DNA of 64,000 nucleotides from Octopus sinensis (GCF_006345805.1 NC_043023.1:13764001-13828000); one strand, 5' to 3'; numbered from the stretch's first letter, positions 11,623 to 24,449 are shown. Notes: generated by a model not told the origin, from the letters alone. Numbers and translations are program-made.

Positions 11623-13250
11623 CTCTCTACCTCCCCCTTCTGTTTGTCGCAATTTAATTTCTCTCTCTCCTCGTCTTCCTCTCTATTTCTACCTCTCTCT
11701 TTCTTTCTCTTAATTTACTATTTTTTCTCTCTCTTCCCCTCTTCCTTTCTTCCGCTCTCTATCTACCTTTTCTCTCTCTTTCTTCTCTTCTAATTTCTTT
11801 CTCTCCTTCTCTCTATTACTCCCTCTCTTCTGATAACACTTTACTTACTCTTTCCCCCTTCGCATTCATTCTCCTCCTTCACATTTCTTCTCTCTTACTC
11901 ATATTCCTCCTCCTCCATTAAATTTACGTCATTTCTTTCACTTTTTCTCTTCTTTTCTCTCCCTCTTCTTTCTCTCCTACTCCCCTCTCTCTCTCTATCT
12001 ATCTATCTTTCTCCTTCTCTTTCTTTCGTCTTTTTTGATATCTGCTTCTTCTTACTATTCCTCATACTCCTTCCCTCTCCATCTTCTCCATCTTTCTTTT
12101 TCATTTTATTCTCCTTTCTCTCTCTCTCTCTCTCCTCTTTGTATTTCCTTTCCTTCTCCTGTCCACTCTCTCACTCTCTACTTATACCCTTTCTCTTCCT
12201 CCTCACTTTTATCTTCTCTTTCTCCCTCCTATTCATTCTCCTCCTCCTTTTCTTCTCCATTTCTCTTTTGGCCTTTTATCTTCTCATCTTTTCCCTCCTT
12301 TTCCTCTTTACTCAATTCTCTATCTCTCCTCCCTCCCTCTCTCCTCTTGTTTATCTTTCTTCATTTTCTTCTTTTCTTTCTCTCTCTTCTTTCTCTTTCT
12401 ACCTCCTCATACTCCTACTCCTTCCTTATGCTTCTCCTACTCTCCTCCTCCACCTTTCACCTTTTCCTTGTTCTTTCACCGACTGCTGCTTTACCCTTCC
12501 TCCTTATTAACCTCCTATCACTTCCCCTCATCTCATCCTCCTTTCTCCTTGAACCTCTCCTGCAGCTTCGAGTCCTCCCTCCACTACTCCCTTTTTATAT
12601 TACTTCTCTTTCTTCTTTGTTCTTCTGTCACTGATTCTCCTCCTCCACCTCCACCTCCTCCTCCTCCTCATCTCCTCCATAGTTCTCTATTCTTTTCCTT
12701 CCCCTTCTTTGTTCTTTTGATGCTGCTACACTCCTTCCACCCCCCCCCGTTTATTCTCCTACTCCCTTTTCAACCCAATGTGTCTCTCCTCCCGCTTTCC
12801 CTCCTTACTTTACCTCCAATTGCTTCTCTTCTCTCCCCCTCCTCCCTTCCTTGTTACAGCACCTCTTCCACGCCTCTCCTTTCCCTTTCTCTCTCTCTCT
12901 CTCTCTCTTTGCATCACTCTCCCCCTCCTCCATTATTCTTCTATCATCTCTCAATGACGCACATCACTCTCTACACTTTCTTTACTCTTACCATTCCCTC
13001 ACACTACATCCCACTCTTTCTCTCGTTTTCACTCTCTCTCTCTCTCTCCCTCTCCTTCCTTTCACCTTCTACTGTTTCCTTTTCCTTTCTTTCCAGCAGT
13101 ACTTTTATCTCCTTATTCTCTGTTTCCTTTCACCTTTTTTTATCTCACTACTCTCCCTCGCTTAACTCTCCCTCTCTCTTCTCCTAACTCTGCTCTTTCA
13201 TAGCACTCTCTTTGTAAATCTATCGATCTATCTGTCTGTCTGTCTCTCTC
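10990..13250. repeat. Polypyrimidine (CT-rich) low-complexity tract
   Basis: Almost no G on the + strand over 2.2 kb. Confidence 0.9.
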
Positions 13251-13259
13251 TCTCTCTTT

Positions 13260-13690
<431 letters not shown>

Positions 13691-13811
13691 ATGTACGAGT
13701 TTTATTGTCTATGCCAGACTTGTTTAGGGATCTTTTGGCAACAGCCTACTGCAACTGGCAGCAAAACGAGGGTTTCCCTACTTTTGTGAGCCAGGGAGTA
13801 GTGACACTACT

Positions 13812-14420
13812 AAAATAATAATAATAATAATAATAATGAAATTATTGTATACAGTGCTCAGGTGCACCACAACTTGTCAGAAAGTGCATATAAAGTACAT
13901 GCAGTAATGTAGAAATGTCTGGAAAGTGAACATGCTTGTGTGTGTATGGAGGGGAGAAAATCAGGTGTAGTGTTGGCGAATCTCAGGAAGCATGGAAGTC
14001 TTGAAGGATGCAGTGCTCCGACAACTAACAACTGATGCCGGCAGTTTGTTCCAGGCTTCGGCAACTCTCAGTGTGAAAAAATGTTTCCTAAAGTCATGGG
14101 AGCTGTGCTGTTTTCTGACTTTGTAAATATGTCCACGGGTGTTAGATGGGTGGAGTTTGAAGAGGTGCTCAGAGTTATTGTTTGTGCGATGGTTGATAAT
14201 TTTATGCGTGTCTGCCAGGTCAGCTGCCAGACGTCGGAGTTTCAATGTGTCCATGCCCAGGGAAGTAAGGCGTTCAGGATATGGCAAATGCCTGATGGAG
14301 GGTATTCTTTTGGTTGCACGTCGCTGAACAGCTTCCAGATGATTGATGTCCTGGGCAAGATAGGGGTTCCAGACCGGTGATGCAAATTCCAGGTGAGGTC
14401 TTACCATAGCTATATAAAGC
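13812..14420 (-). mobile_element. 5'-truncated CR1/L2-group LINE: ORF2 C-terminus, 3' UTR and (ATT)n tail
   Basis: ORF 13961-14407: VRPHLEFASPVWNPY..LEAVQRRATK..FFTLRVAEAWNKLP; (AAT)n on + at 13812-13840; same family at 31.3 and 36.0 kb. Confidence 0.85.
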
Positions 14421-15265
14421 CGCAGATAGATAGCCGGAGAAAGACCAAAACATGGAGAACGATATAGATAATTTCCGGCCCATCTCTCTGCTCAACACAG
14501 ATTTTTAAATTTTGGCCTAAAGTGCTAGCCGAGAGGTTGGTGCTTATCATCAAGAAACTAGCCGACAAGGTGCAAACATGCTGGGGAGAACTATGCCTGA
14601 CAACCTCCACCTCATGTGCTACATCATGGACAGGGTAGATAAGGAACCTGGCATGGATGAGGTGCTGATCAATTTGGATCAATCGAAAGCGGGTGTCCTC
14701 AAGGTGGCTGGTTTCGGTCCCATCTTCCACCGTTGGAACACTGCTTTATACAGCAGCATTTGCTCGGTAGATCGAGTGAATGGCCGTCTGTCCAAGCCTT
14801 TCGACATCACTCGTTTGGGCCATCAGGGATGTCCCTGCTCGTCACTTCTATATGTATTGACTCTAGAGCCACTACTACAGAAGCTGGTGACGCTGAGGGG
14901 CATCCCGTGAGAACCGGGATGCCGGACAAGCATGTCTGCATATGCAGATGATGTCACCATCAGTGTCACGTCTCAGGTACATCGACCCGCTTGACGAGAC
15001 ACTAAGAGAATACGAAACAGTAACAGGAGTAAAAATTAACCAGAAAAAGTCAGTGGGTTTGCAGTTCAGCACCTGGAGAAGCAAGCCCATGCTGTCCAAC
15101 AGCATTTCCACCATGGATCGCTGGACCAACAGGCCAGTTAAATTACTTGGGGTCTGGTTCGGTCCAGACCTCCAAATGGAGAAGAACTGGGACAAGATAA
15201 CAAGTAGAGTGGTCATTCTCACTCAGCTATGGGTCAAGAGGAAACTATCTCTAAAAGGTAGGCAG

Positions 15266-15860
15266 CGAGCTGGCAGAACCGTTAGCACGCCGGGCGAAAT
15301 GCGTAGCTGTATTTCGTCTGCCGTTACATTCTGAGTTCAAATTCCGCCGAGGTCGACTTTGCCTTTCATCCTTTCGGGGTCGATAAATTAAGCACCAGTT
15401 ACGCACTGAGGTCGATGTAATCGACTTAATACCTATGTCTGTCCTTGTTTGTCCCCTCTGTGTTTAGCCCCTTGTGGGTAGTAAAGAAATAGGTATTTCG
15501 TCTGCTGTTACGTTCTGAGTTCAAATTCCGCCAAGGTCGACTTTGCCTTTCATCCTTTCGGGGTCGATAAATTAAGCACCAGTTACGCACTGAGGTCGAT
15601 GTAATCGACTTAATACCTATGTCTGTCCTTGTTTGTCCCCTCTGTGTTTAGCCCCTTGTGGGTAGTAAAGAAATAGGTATTTCGTCTGCTGTTACGTTCT
15701 GAGTTCAAATTCCACCGAGGTCGACTTTGCCTTTCATCCTTTCGGGGTCAATTAAATAAGTACCAGTTACGCACTGGGATCGATATAATCGACTTAATCC
15801 CTTTGTCTGTCCTTGTTTGTCCCCTCTGTGTTTAACCCCTTGTGGGTAGTAAAGAAATAT
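15266..15860 (+). mobile_element. tRNA-type SINE family C with its about 185-bp body tandemly triplicated
   Basis: Head CTGGCAGAACCGTTAGCACGCC, B-box-like GAGTTCAAATTCC; body GCCTTTCATCCTTTCGGGGTCGATAAATTAAG present three times (recalls the Meta/Sauria-type central domain). Confidence 0.85.
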
Positions 15861-16127
15861 ATCTCGAAAAGGTCAGACTGAGGTGGCTAATGACAAAACT
15901 GGAACCCATACTCTTCTGCTTTTTGTGTAAGGGAAGCGTTCCAATGGTCAGGTGATCTATTTGCTGTCATTATCTGCTAAATGGAGGGCTGAGTATGCCA
16001 TGGTTAATGACACACAGACATGCACTGAGACTGAGACATCTCAGGTGTTTCATTGATGACGGTGAACAGGTGTGGCCTCCGTTTGTGAGACACGCTTTAC
16101 TGCAGGTCTTCTCTGACTGAACTGCAA

Positions 16128-16512
16128 TCATGGATCAGAAGCTTGAGAGGCGGTTGGATGGAACCTACACTCGCCTCCTTATGAGAGCTCAAAATCTCTC
16201 ATGGAAGCGCCATCCAACCAAAATGCAAATATATGGGAAACTACCACCTGTGTCATCTCTTGTGAAAGGTAGGAGAGTCCAGTTTGCTGGACATTGTTGT
16301 AGAGCTGAAAAAGAAGTAATTTCTATTGTTCCCCTCTGGAAGCCATCTACTCACGATACCAGAGGGCGCACACTCTCCTACCCTAATGTAATCTCCAGGG
16401 ATACAGGCATCCAGCAACAGGACCTCCAAAATGATATGATGGACTGTGAAGTCTGGCGTAGCATGGTAAATTCCATTGTCTTGACCACGGTCAAACAATG
16501 ATGATGATGATG
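16128..16512 (+). mobile_element. RTE-X-like LINE 3' end with (TGA)n tail
   Basis: ORF 16130-16501: LDGTYTRLLMRAQNLSW..RRVQFAGHC; tail atgatgatgatg directly after the stop. Confidence 0.8.
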
Positions 16513-16710
16513 GATCAGACAGAGACCAGTGACGCCAAGCTTTGGAGCAGATTTGCCGTCCAGGTTCAGACATATGTGACTTCAAATCCATCAAGGTGTT
16601 CTATAGAGGACTAGTGGAGGAGAGGTCCAATGCCATTTTTGGGGAGAACCTGGGCATCAACAAGAAATACCTGACTTGCCTCTTCAGGACCACTTTCGGG
16701 CCAAGACCTA

Positions 16711-16875
16711 TACTCTCTTTTACTCTCTTTTACTTGTATCAGTCATTTGACTGTGGCCATGCTGGAGCACCGCCTTCTAGTCGAGTAAATCGACCCCCAG
16801 GACTTATTCTTTGTAAGCCTAGTACATATTCTATCGGTCTCTTTTGCTGAACCGCTAAGTGACACACCAGCATCA
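16711..16875 (-). mobile_element. SINE family A, 3' tail only
   Basis: tactcttttacttg.cagtcatttgactgtggccatgctggagcaccgcc matches the other copies. Confidence 0.85.
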
Positions 16876-16921
16876 GCATATATATTTATGTGAGCTGAAA
16901 CTAGAATCAATCAATCAATCA

Positions 16922-16980
<59 letters not shown>

Positions 16981-16996
16981 ATATATATATATATGT

Positions 16997-18425
16997 ATCA
17001 TCATCATCATCATCATCGTTTAACGTCCGCTTTCCATGCTAGCATGGGTTGGACGGTTCAACTGGGGTCTGGCAAGCCCGAAGGCTGCACCAGGCCAGTC
17101 AGATCTGGCAGTGTTTCTACAGCTGGATGCCCTTCCTAACGCCAACCACTCCGAGAGTGTAGTGGGTGATTTTATGTGCCACCGACACAGGTACCAGACA
17201 AAGCTGGCAGACGGCCACGCTCGGATGGTGTTTTTTATGTGCCACCGACACAGGTGCCAGACGAGGCTGGCAAACGGCCACGCTCGGATGGTGTTTTTTA
17301 TGTGCCACCGACATAGGTGCCAGACGAGGCTGGCGAAAAACCACAATCGGATGGTGTTTGTTACGTGCCCACAGCACGGAGGCCAGTCGATGCGGTACTG
17401 GCTACGGCCACGTTTGGATGGTTTTCTTGTGTGCCACCGGCACTGGTACCACAAGGATACAAATTCCATTGATGTTCATCTATTTTGATTTGGTTTGATT
17501 GATTTGGTTTTCACTTGCCTCAACAGGTCTTCACAAGTGTCACAAGAAGGAAGGTATGCACAGGTGGACTGACTAGGTCCCAGGTAGGGCCCACGGGTTA
17601 TGGCTTCACTAGTCTTGCCGGGTCTTCTCACGCACAGCATACTTCCATAGGTCTCGGTCTCTAGTCATTTCCATGGTGAGACCTAACGTCCGAAGGTCGT
17701 GCTTCACCACCTCGTCCCAGGTTTTCCTGGGTCTACTCTTCCACGGTTCCCTCGACTGCTAGGGATTGGCACTTTCTCACACACCTATCTTCATCCATTC
17801 TCGCCACATGACCATACCAGCGCAATCGTCTCTCTTGCACACCACAACTGATGCTTCTTAGGTACAACATTTCTCTCAAGGAACTAACGCTCTGTCGAGT
17901 AAGTACACTGACATTACACATCCATCGGAGCATACTGGCTTCATTCCTCATGAGCTTACGCATGTCCTCAGAAGTCACGGTCCATGTTTCACTGCCATGT
18001 AGCATGGCAGTTCGTACACATGCATCATACAGTCTGCCTTTTACTCTGAGCGAGAGGCCTTTAGTCACCAGCAGAGGTAAGAGCTCCCTAAACTTTGCCC
18101 AGGCTATTCTTATTCTAGCAGTTACAGTTTCAGCGCACCCACCCCCACTACTGACTTGGTCACCAAAATAATAGAAGCTATCAACTACTTCTAGTTTTTC
18201 CCCCCGGAAAGTGACGGAAGTTGTTTTCTGCAGATTTTCGGAGGTCAATGCTCCCAAGCATCTGCCACATACAAAAACTATCTCTCCAGTTAGCCTACCT
18301 TTGACATTGCTGCACCTCTTATGTGTCCATAGCTTACACTGGGTACATCTTATAGAGTTTCTACCTACACCTTTTCTACAGATCGAGCAGGGCCATAATC
18401 CTGAAGACATTTGTGGATTGTCTAC
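16997..18425 (-). mobile_element. RTE-clade LINE: post-RT ORF, long 3' UTR with internal about 63-bp repeats, (GAT)n tail
   Basis: ORF 17733-18410: CSIC..CTQCKLWTHKRC..CGRC, LEVVDSFYYFG, KGRLYDACVRTAMLHGSETW, RRLRWYGHV; the UTR ends in the sequence found in many short copies in this window. Confidence 0.9.
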
Positions 18426-18446
18426 CTTTCTACTTATTAGTACTTA

Positions 18447-19027
18447 TATATACTCTCTTTACTCTTTTACTTGTTTCAGTCATTTGACTGTGGCCATGCT
18501 GGAGCACCGCCTTCTAGTCGAGTAAATCGACCCCAGGACTTATTCTTTGTAAGCCTAGTACTTATTCTATCGGTCTCTTTTGCTGAACCGCTAAGTTACG
18601 GGGACGTAAACACACCAGCATCGGTTGTCAAGCAATGCTAGGGGGACAAACACAGACACACAAACATATACACACATACATATATATACATATATACGAC
18701 AGGCTCCTTCCAGTTTCCGTCTACCAAATCCACTCACAAGGCTTTGGTTGGCCCGAGGCTATAGTAGAAGACACTTGCCCAAGGTGCCATGCAGTGAGAC
18801 TGAACCCGGAACCATGTGGTTGGTAAGCAAGCTACTTACCACACACACACACGCACATATATACGATGGGCTTCTTTCAGTTTCCATCAACCAAATCCAC
18901 TCACAAGGCTTTGGTCGGCTCAAGGCTATAGTAGAAGACACTTGCCCAAGGTGCCACGCAGTGGGAATGAACCCGGAACGATGTGGTTGGTAAGCAAGCT
19001 ACTTACCACACAGCCACTCCTGCGCCT
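18447..19027 (-). mobile_element. SINE family A (tRNA head plus CORE-like domain) with duplicated head
   Basis: Minus-strand head GGAGTGGCTGTGTGGTAAG (A box)..GGTTCAGTCCC (B box), then CCTTGGGCAAGTGTCTT resembling the MIR/CORE motif; two heads at 18700-18840 and 18863-19027. Confidence 0.9.
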
Positions 19028-19237
19028 ATGGACAATTTCCAGAGATCCTTGGCCTGGAAGTGCTATAGGGAAGCATTACCTGATCAAGAGAAGATCTACT
19101 GAGAAGTTTAAGAAATACCAAACTGACCTGCCCAAGAGGTGGTCAGAATGTTGAAACCGTTCTGCATGCACTCATGCAGTGTCCACATATTTCAGAGCTG
19201 TGGACCGATATCGAATGGCTACTAGAAGGCGGCAAGC

Positions 19238-19465
19238 TGGCAGACACGTTAGTGCACCGGGCGAAATGCTTCGCGGTATTTCGTCTGTCGATACGTTCTG
19301 AGTTCAAATTCCGCTGAGGTCAACTTTGCCTTTCATCCTTTCGGGGTCGATATATAAAGTACCAGTTTCGCACTGGGGGCGATATAATCGACTCAATCCC
19401 TTCGTCTGTCCTTGTTTAGCCCCTCTATGTTTAGCCCCTTGTGGGCAGTAAAGAAATGTATATCG
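19238..19465 (+). mobile_element. SINE family C
   Basis: Same head and body as 15266-15860. Confidence 0.85.
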
Positions 19466-19663
19466 AACGGCTGCTATTATGTGTGGGACAAATCCATTTG
19501 CCAGCCGAATCCATATGTCTTCTCTGGCCAATCTCTCATCAACTTTTACAGGTATCACTTGAAAAGGAGGGCAAGAGTAGAGAGGGAAGTTTCGTCTAAT
19601 GAATGATTTAATAAAAGGTGGGTGAATGTAGCATAAATGGTACGCATGAATGACAGAACCACT

Positions 19664-20210
19664 TTACTCTTTTACTCTCTCCTTTACATGTTTCAGTCAT
19701 TTGATTGCGGCCATGCTGGAGCATCGCCTTTAGTCGAGCAAATCAACCCCGAGACTTATTCTTTGTAAGCCCGGTACTTATTCTATCGGTCTCTTTTGCC
19801 GAACTGCTAAGTGACGAGGACGTAAACACAGACACACAAACACATACACATACATACATATATACGACAGGCTTCTTTCAGTTTCCGTCTACCAAATCCA
19901 AAGACAAGGCTTTGGTCGGCCTGAGGCTATAGTAGAAGACACTTGCCCAAGATGCCACGCAGTGGGACTGAACCCAGAACCATGTGTTTGGTTAGCAAGC
20001 TACTTACCACACAGCCACTCCTGAGCCTATATATATATATATATACGACAGGCTTCTTTCAGTTTCCGTCTACCAAATCCACTCACAAGGCTTTGGTCGG
20101 CCTGAGGCTATAGTAGAAGACACTTGCCCAAGATGCCACGCAGTGGGACTGAACCCAGAACCATGTGTTTGGTTAGCAAGCTACTTACCACACAGCCACT
20201 CCTGTGTCTA
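19664..20210 (-). mobile_element. SINE family A with two tandem heads
   Basis: Near-identical head units at 19865-20030 and 20045-20210. Confidence 0.9.
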
Positions 20211-20273
20211 TTTGAGCATTAACTTTTAAAACAAACAAAGAGAAAGACGGCACTTCGCTCGCATAGATTTATT

Positions 20274-20437
20274 TTCTCAAAAGGGGGAGAAATATATCTA
20301 ATACTGACTAGAGGTATCCTTGGAAAGAAAAGCTTATGAAAAATAACCACGGTAACCTCAGCAAAGGTAATTCATAAGCTTTTCTTTCCAAGGATACCTC
20401 TAGTCAGTATTAGATATATTTCTCCCCCTTTTGAGAA
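20274..20437. repeat. Perfect 67-bp inverted repeat with 30-nt loop
   Basis: 20274-20340 is the exact reverse complement of 20371-20437. Confidence 0.95.
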
Positions 20438-20550
20438 CTCAAATTCTTAAAAAAAGATAAACTCCTGAAAATCGAAAGACTATTGAGCAGCGTCAACCCA
20501 AACATACAGTTCACAATGGAGTACAACCAAAAGGGGCTTCCATTCTTCAT
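20438..20550 (+). mobile_element. Penelope-like RT fragment
   Basis: Reads DKLLKIERLLSSVNPNIQFTMEYNQKGLPF, matching the Penelope RT motif N..HPNIKFT.E....LPFLD. Confidence 0.65.
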
Positions 20551-20769
20551 CAAGGTGCCATGCAGTGGGACTGAACCTGGAACCATGTGGTTGGGAAGCA
20601 AGCTTCTTACCACACAACCACTGCTGTGTCTGAAGGGATTTTCTCAAACAAATTGACCCTAGGGATTATTTATAAAGCCTAGTACTTATTCTATCGGTCT
20701 CTTTTGCTGAACAAGTAAGTTACAGGGATGTAAACAAAGCAACACGGGTTGTCAAGCGGTGATGGAAGT

Positions 20770-21225
20770 CTGGCAGAACCGTTAGCACGCCGGGTGAAAT
20801 GCGTAGCCATATTTCGTCTGGCATTACGTTCTGAGTTCAAATTCCGCCGAGGTCGACTTAACCTTTCATCCTTTCGGGATCGATAAATTAAGTACCTATT
20901 TCTTTACTGCCCACAAGGGGCTAAACATAGAGGGGACAAACAAGGACAGACATAGGTATTAAGTCGATTACATCGACCCCAGTGCGTAACTGGTACTTTA
21001 ATTTATCGACCCCGAAAGGATGAAAGGCAAAGTCGACCTCGGCGGAATTTGAACTCAGAACTTAACGGCAGACGCAATACCGCAAAGCATTTCGCCCGGC
21101 GTGCTAACGTTTCTGCCAGCTCGCCGATAAATTAAGTACCAGTTACACACTGGGGGTCGATGTAATCGACTTAATTCGTTTGTCTCCTCTATGCCTAGCC
21201 CCTTGTGGGTAGTAAAGAAACAGAT
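20770..21225. mobile_element. Tail-to-tail inverted SINE family C copies
   Basis: + copy 20770-20896, minus copy 20897-21125, partial minus copy 21126-21225. Confidence 0.85.
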
Positions 21226-21501
21226 GGGGGGGAGGGAAAACACAGACACAAACACAAACACACAGATCGTCATCATCATCATCATCATCGTCATCATCAT
21301 CATCATCGTTATCATCGTCATCATCATCGTTGTCATCGTCATCATCGTTTAGCATCCATGCTGGCATAAGGCGAAACAGCGGGAAAAAAAACCAGATGGG
21401 TCCGAGAACTAAAACTGGGCTTCAGTTGGACCCGGTTTCATATGTCTGGAAGACCCTTCCTTCGTGCCGACCACTTCGGAAGAAGATGGAGTGAGAAAGA
21501 C

Positions 21502-21536
<35 letters not shown>

Positions 21537-21792
21537 AGAGAAAGCATGCGAGAGAAAGAGTATGAGAGAGGGAGAAAGAGTAAGAGGGAGAGAGAGAGGG
21601 AGAGATTATCCTCCCTCTTGTGCTCTAGATTCTCCCTCATCTTCTCTGCAGTTAAAGTACATATCACTCCCTGCTTGACATAAGTGTATGTGTGTGTATA
21701 TGTATGTATATATATATATATATAATATATAATATATATATACATATATATATATACATATATATGTATACTCATATATATGTATACACACT

Positions 21793-21823
<31 letters not shown>

Positions 21824-22077
21824 TATATATACATACATACATACATATAATACATATAATATATGTATGTATGTATATATTGTTTGTAGACATGCGTAAA
21901 TTCGGCGGGGGGGGAAGAAGCACACCCTTAGATGTAGGGCAGTGGATGTCGTAACGAGGGCTGGTTAATGGTGTTACCCTAGGACTGAAAATATGCCGCC
22001 GTAAGGCGAAAACCCCTGATGAGCGAGAAACCCAGGGTCACCCCATAATAAACCGGGCCCTCATTATAATATATATG

Positions 22078-22128
<51 letters not shown>

Positions 22129-22145
22129 ATGTGTGTGTACAATAT

Positions 22146-22552
22146 ATACTCTCTTTTACTCTTTTACTTGTTTCAGTCATTTGACTGCGGCCATGCTGGA
22201 GCACCGCCTTTAGTCGAGAAAATCGACCCCGGGACTTATTCTTTGTAAGTCCAGGACTTATTCTATCGGTCTCTTTTGCCGAACCGCTAAGTGACGGGGA
22301 CGTAAACACACCAGCATTAGTTGTCAAGCAATGCTAGGGTGACAAACACAGACACACAAACACATACACACATATATATATATACATATATACGACAGGC
22401 TTCTTTCAGTTTCCGTCTACCAAATCCACTCACAAGGCTTTGGTCGGCCCGGGGCTATAGCAGAATACACTTGCCCAGATTGCACGCAGTGGGACTGAAC
22501 CCAGAACTATGTGGTTGGTTAGCAAGCTACTTACCACACAGCCACTCCTGCA

Positions 22553-22555
<3 letters not shown>
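22146..22555 (-). mobile_element. SINE family A, full length
   Basis: Head, internal (TA/CA) microsatellite and tail all present. Confidence 0.9.
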
Positions 22556-22599
<44 letters not shown>

Positions 22600-22798
22600 A
22601 TATTTATTTATATATAGATTTGGTGATTGCGAACAGGAAAATAGGACACAAATTATAAGTACATATAAATCTTATATTAGTAATCAGAAATGTTACAGAG
22701 TGACTCAAGAGCTAAAAGTTTCGTGTGTTTGGAACTGGTCAGACTTATTTCAAGTGAAATTGCTGGGGGCAGGCAGGTGGTGGGTCAAAAATTTAAAT

Positions 22799-23183
22799 AG
22801 GCATAGGAGTGGCTGTGTGGTAAGTAGCTTGCTAATCAACCACATGGTTCCGTGCTCAGTCCCACTGCGTGGCATCTTGGGCAAGTGTCTTCTGCTATAG
22901 CCCCGGGCCGACCAATGCCTTGTGAGTGGATTTGGTAGACGGAAACTGTAAGAAGCCTGTCGTATACATGTATATATGTTTGTGTGTCTGTCCCCCCAGC
23001 ATTGCTTGACAACCAATGCTGGTGTGTTTACGTCCCCGTCACTTAGCGGTTCGGCAAAAGACACCGATAGAATAAGTACTGGGCTTACGAAAGAATAAGT
23101 CCCAGGGTCGAGTTGCTCGATTAAAGGCGGTGATCCAGCATGGCCGCAGTCAAATGACTGAAACAAGTAAAAGAGTAAAAGAG
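22799..23183 (+). mobile_element. SINE family A, full length, inverted relative to 22146-22555
   Basis: Head AGGCATAGGAGTGGCTGTGTGG to tail AATGACTGAAACAAGTAAAAGAG. Confidence 0.9.
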
Positions 23184-23419
23184 CATATATATATGTATAT
23201 ATATTTATACATACATGCATGTGTGTGTGTGTGTGTGCTGCCAAATTTAAATATAGAACTTTGTTGATTATTTCATTTCGCTTGTCTCTCAGCCTGTGAA
23301 AATGTAAAGATAGGCTTTGCATTGCTGCTTCTGGGGGTAGGGAGAAGAAAAAAATCGGGTGAAGGCAAGCATCTACATCCTGTTGACCTCGTTAATTTAT
23401 TTGCAGAACACTTTATAAA

Positions 23420-23445
23420 TATACCACATACATACATAAATGTAT

Positions 23446-23490
<45 letters not shown>

Positions 23491-23519
23491 TAATACATAT
23501 ATATTGTGTATGTGTGTAT

Positions 23520-23565
<46 letters not shown>

Positions 23566-23573
23566 CAATATAT

Positions 23574-23607
<34 letters not shown>

Positions 23608-23740
23608 AATATATATATATCTATATATATATATAAATATATATATTATATATAATACATACATATATATATATAGTGTGTGTGTGTGTGTTTATATATA
23701 ATAAATATATATATATATATATAATATATATATATATAAT

Positions 23741-23772
<32 letters not shown>

Positions 23773-23936
23773 AATATATATATGTTTATAGTGTGTATAT
23801 AATACATATGTATATACATAATATGGTCTGTATATATATATATATAATATATATATATATATGTACGTATGTATGCATGTAACATACATTTAATATATAT
23901 ATATGTTTATATGTGTATATACAATATATATCTATA

Positions 23937-23987
<51 letters not shown>

Positions 23988-24290
23988 TATATGCATATAT
24001 ATATATACATATATATGTCTGTATGTATATATATATATAATATATATAATTGTATGCCTGTATATATGAATGTATTTATGTATACATACAAATATATATA
24101 TATATATGTATGCATGTATATAGGCATATATGTATTTGTGTATATATATATATATCATAAACCTACATATATATATATATAAATGGGCATGTACATATGT
24201 ATGTATATACATAAGTATGTATGTATACATACATATATTCAAACACACACACTCACACACACATGTATGTTTATTTATGCGTATGCTAAA
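23420..24290. repeat. (TA)n/(TG)n compound microsatellite
   Basis: Direct dinucleotide repeats; source of several spurious YI-rich ORFs. Confidence 0.95.
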
Positions 24291-24435
24291 ATAAAAAATG
24301 TCAGACAGCCCCGCCCACTTTTTAGTTGATTTTTGTTTGTTTTTTAATCCCTGTTATTATTATTATTATTTTATTATTATTATTATTATTATTTTATCTG
24401 CTTTTTTTTTTTCCGTTTTTTTTTTCTGAAATCAG

Positions 24436-24449
24436 GCGGGCCCGCGGAG
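24436..24449 (+). other. Candidate 14-nt exon (or 3' end of a first exon) upstream of TMEM11
   Basis: T-rich tract then CAG|GCGGGCCCGCGGAG|GTATGT; ends in AG, frame-compatible (phase 2) with the TMEM11 exon; GC box CCCCGCCCAC near 24310. Confidence 0.35.

Larger units (their letters stand above)
14430..19660 (+). mobile_element. Tx1/L1-clade LINE ORF2 relic broken into five pieces by nested insertions
   Basis: DNFRPISLLNTD, QGCP..LYVLTLEPLL, AYADDV (about 14940), KINQKKS; continues at 15862-16127 (VPMVR..GGLSMP), 16512-16710 (..TTFGPRP), 19028-19237 (MDNFQRSLAWKCYREALP) and 19466-19660 (YHLKRRARVER); stops and frameshifts. Confidence 0.8.
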
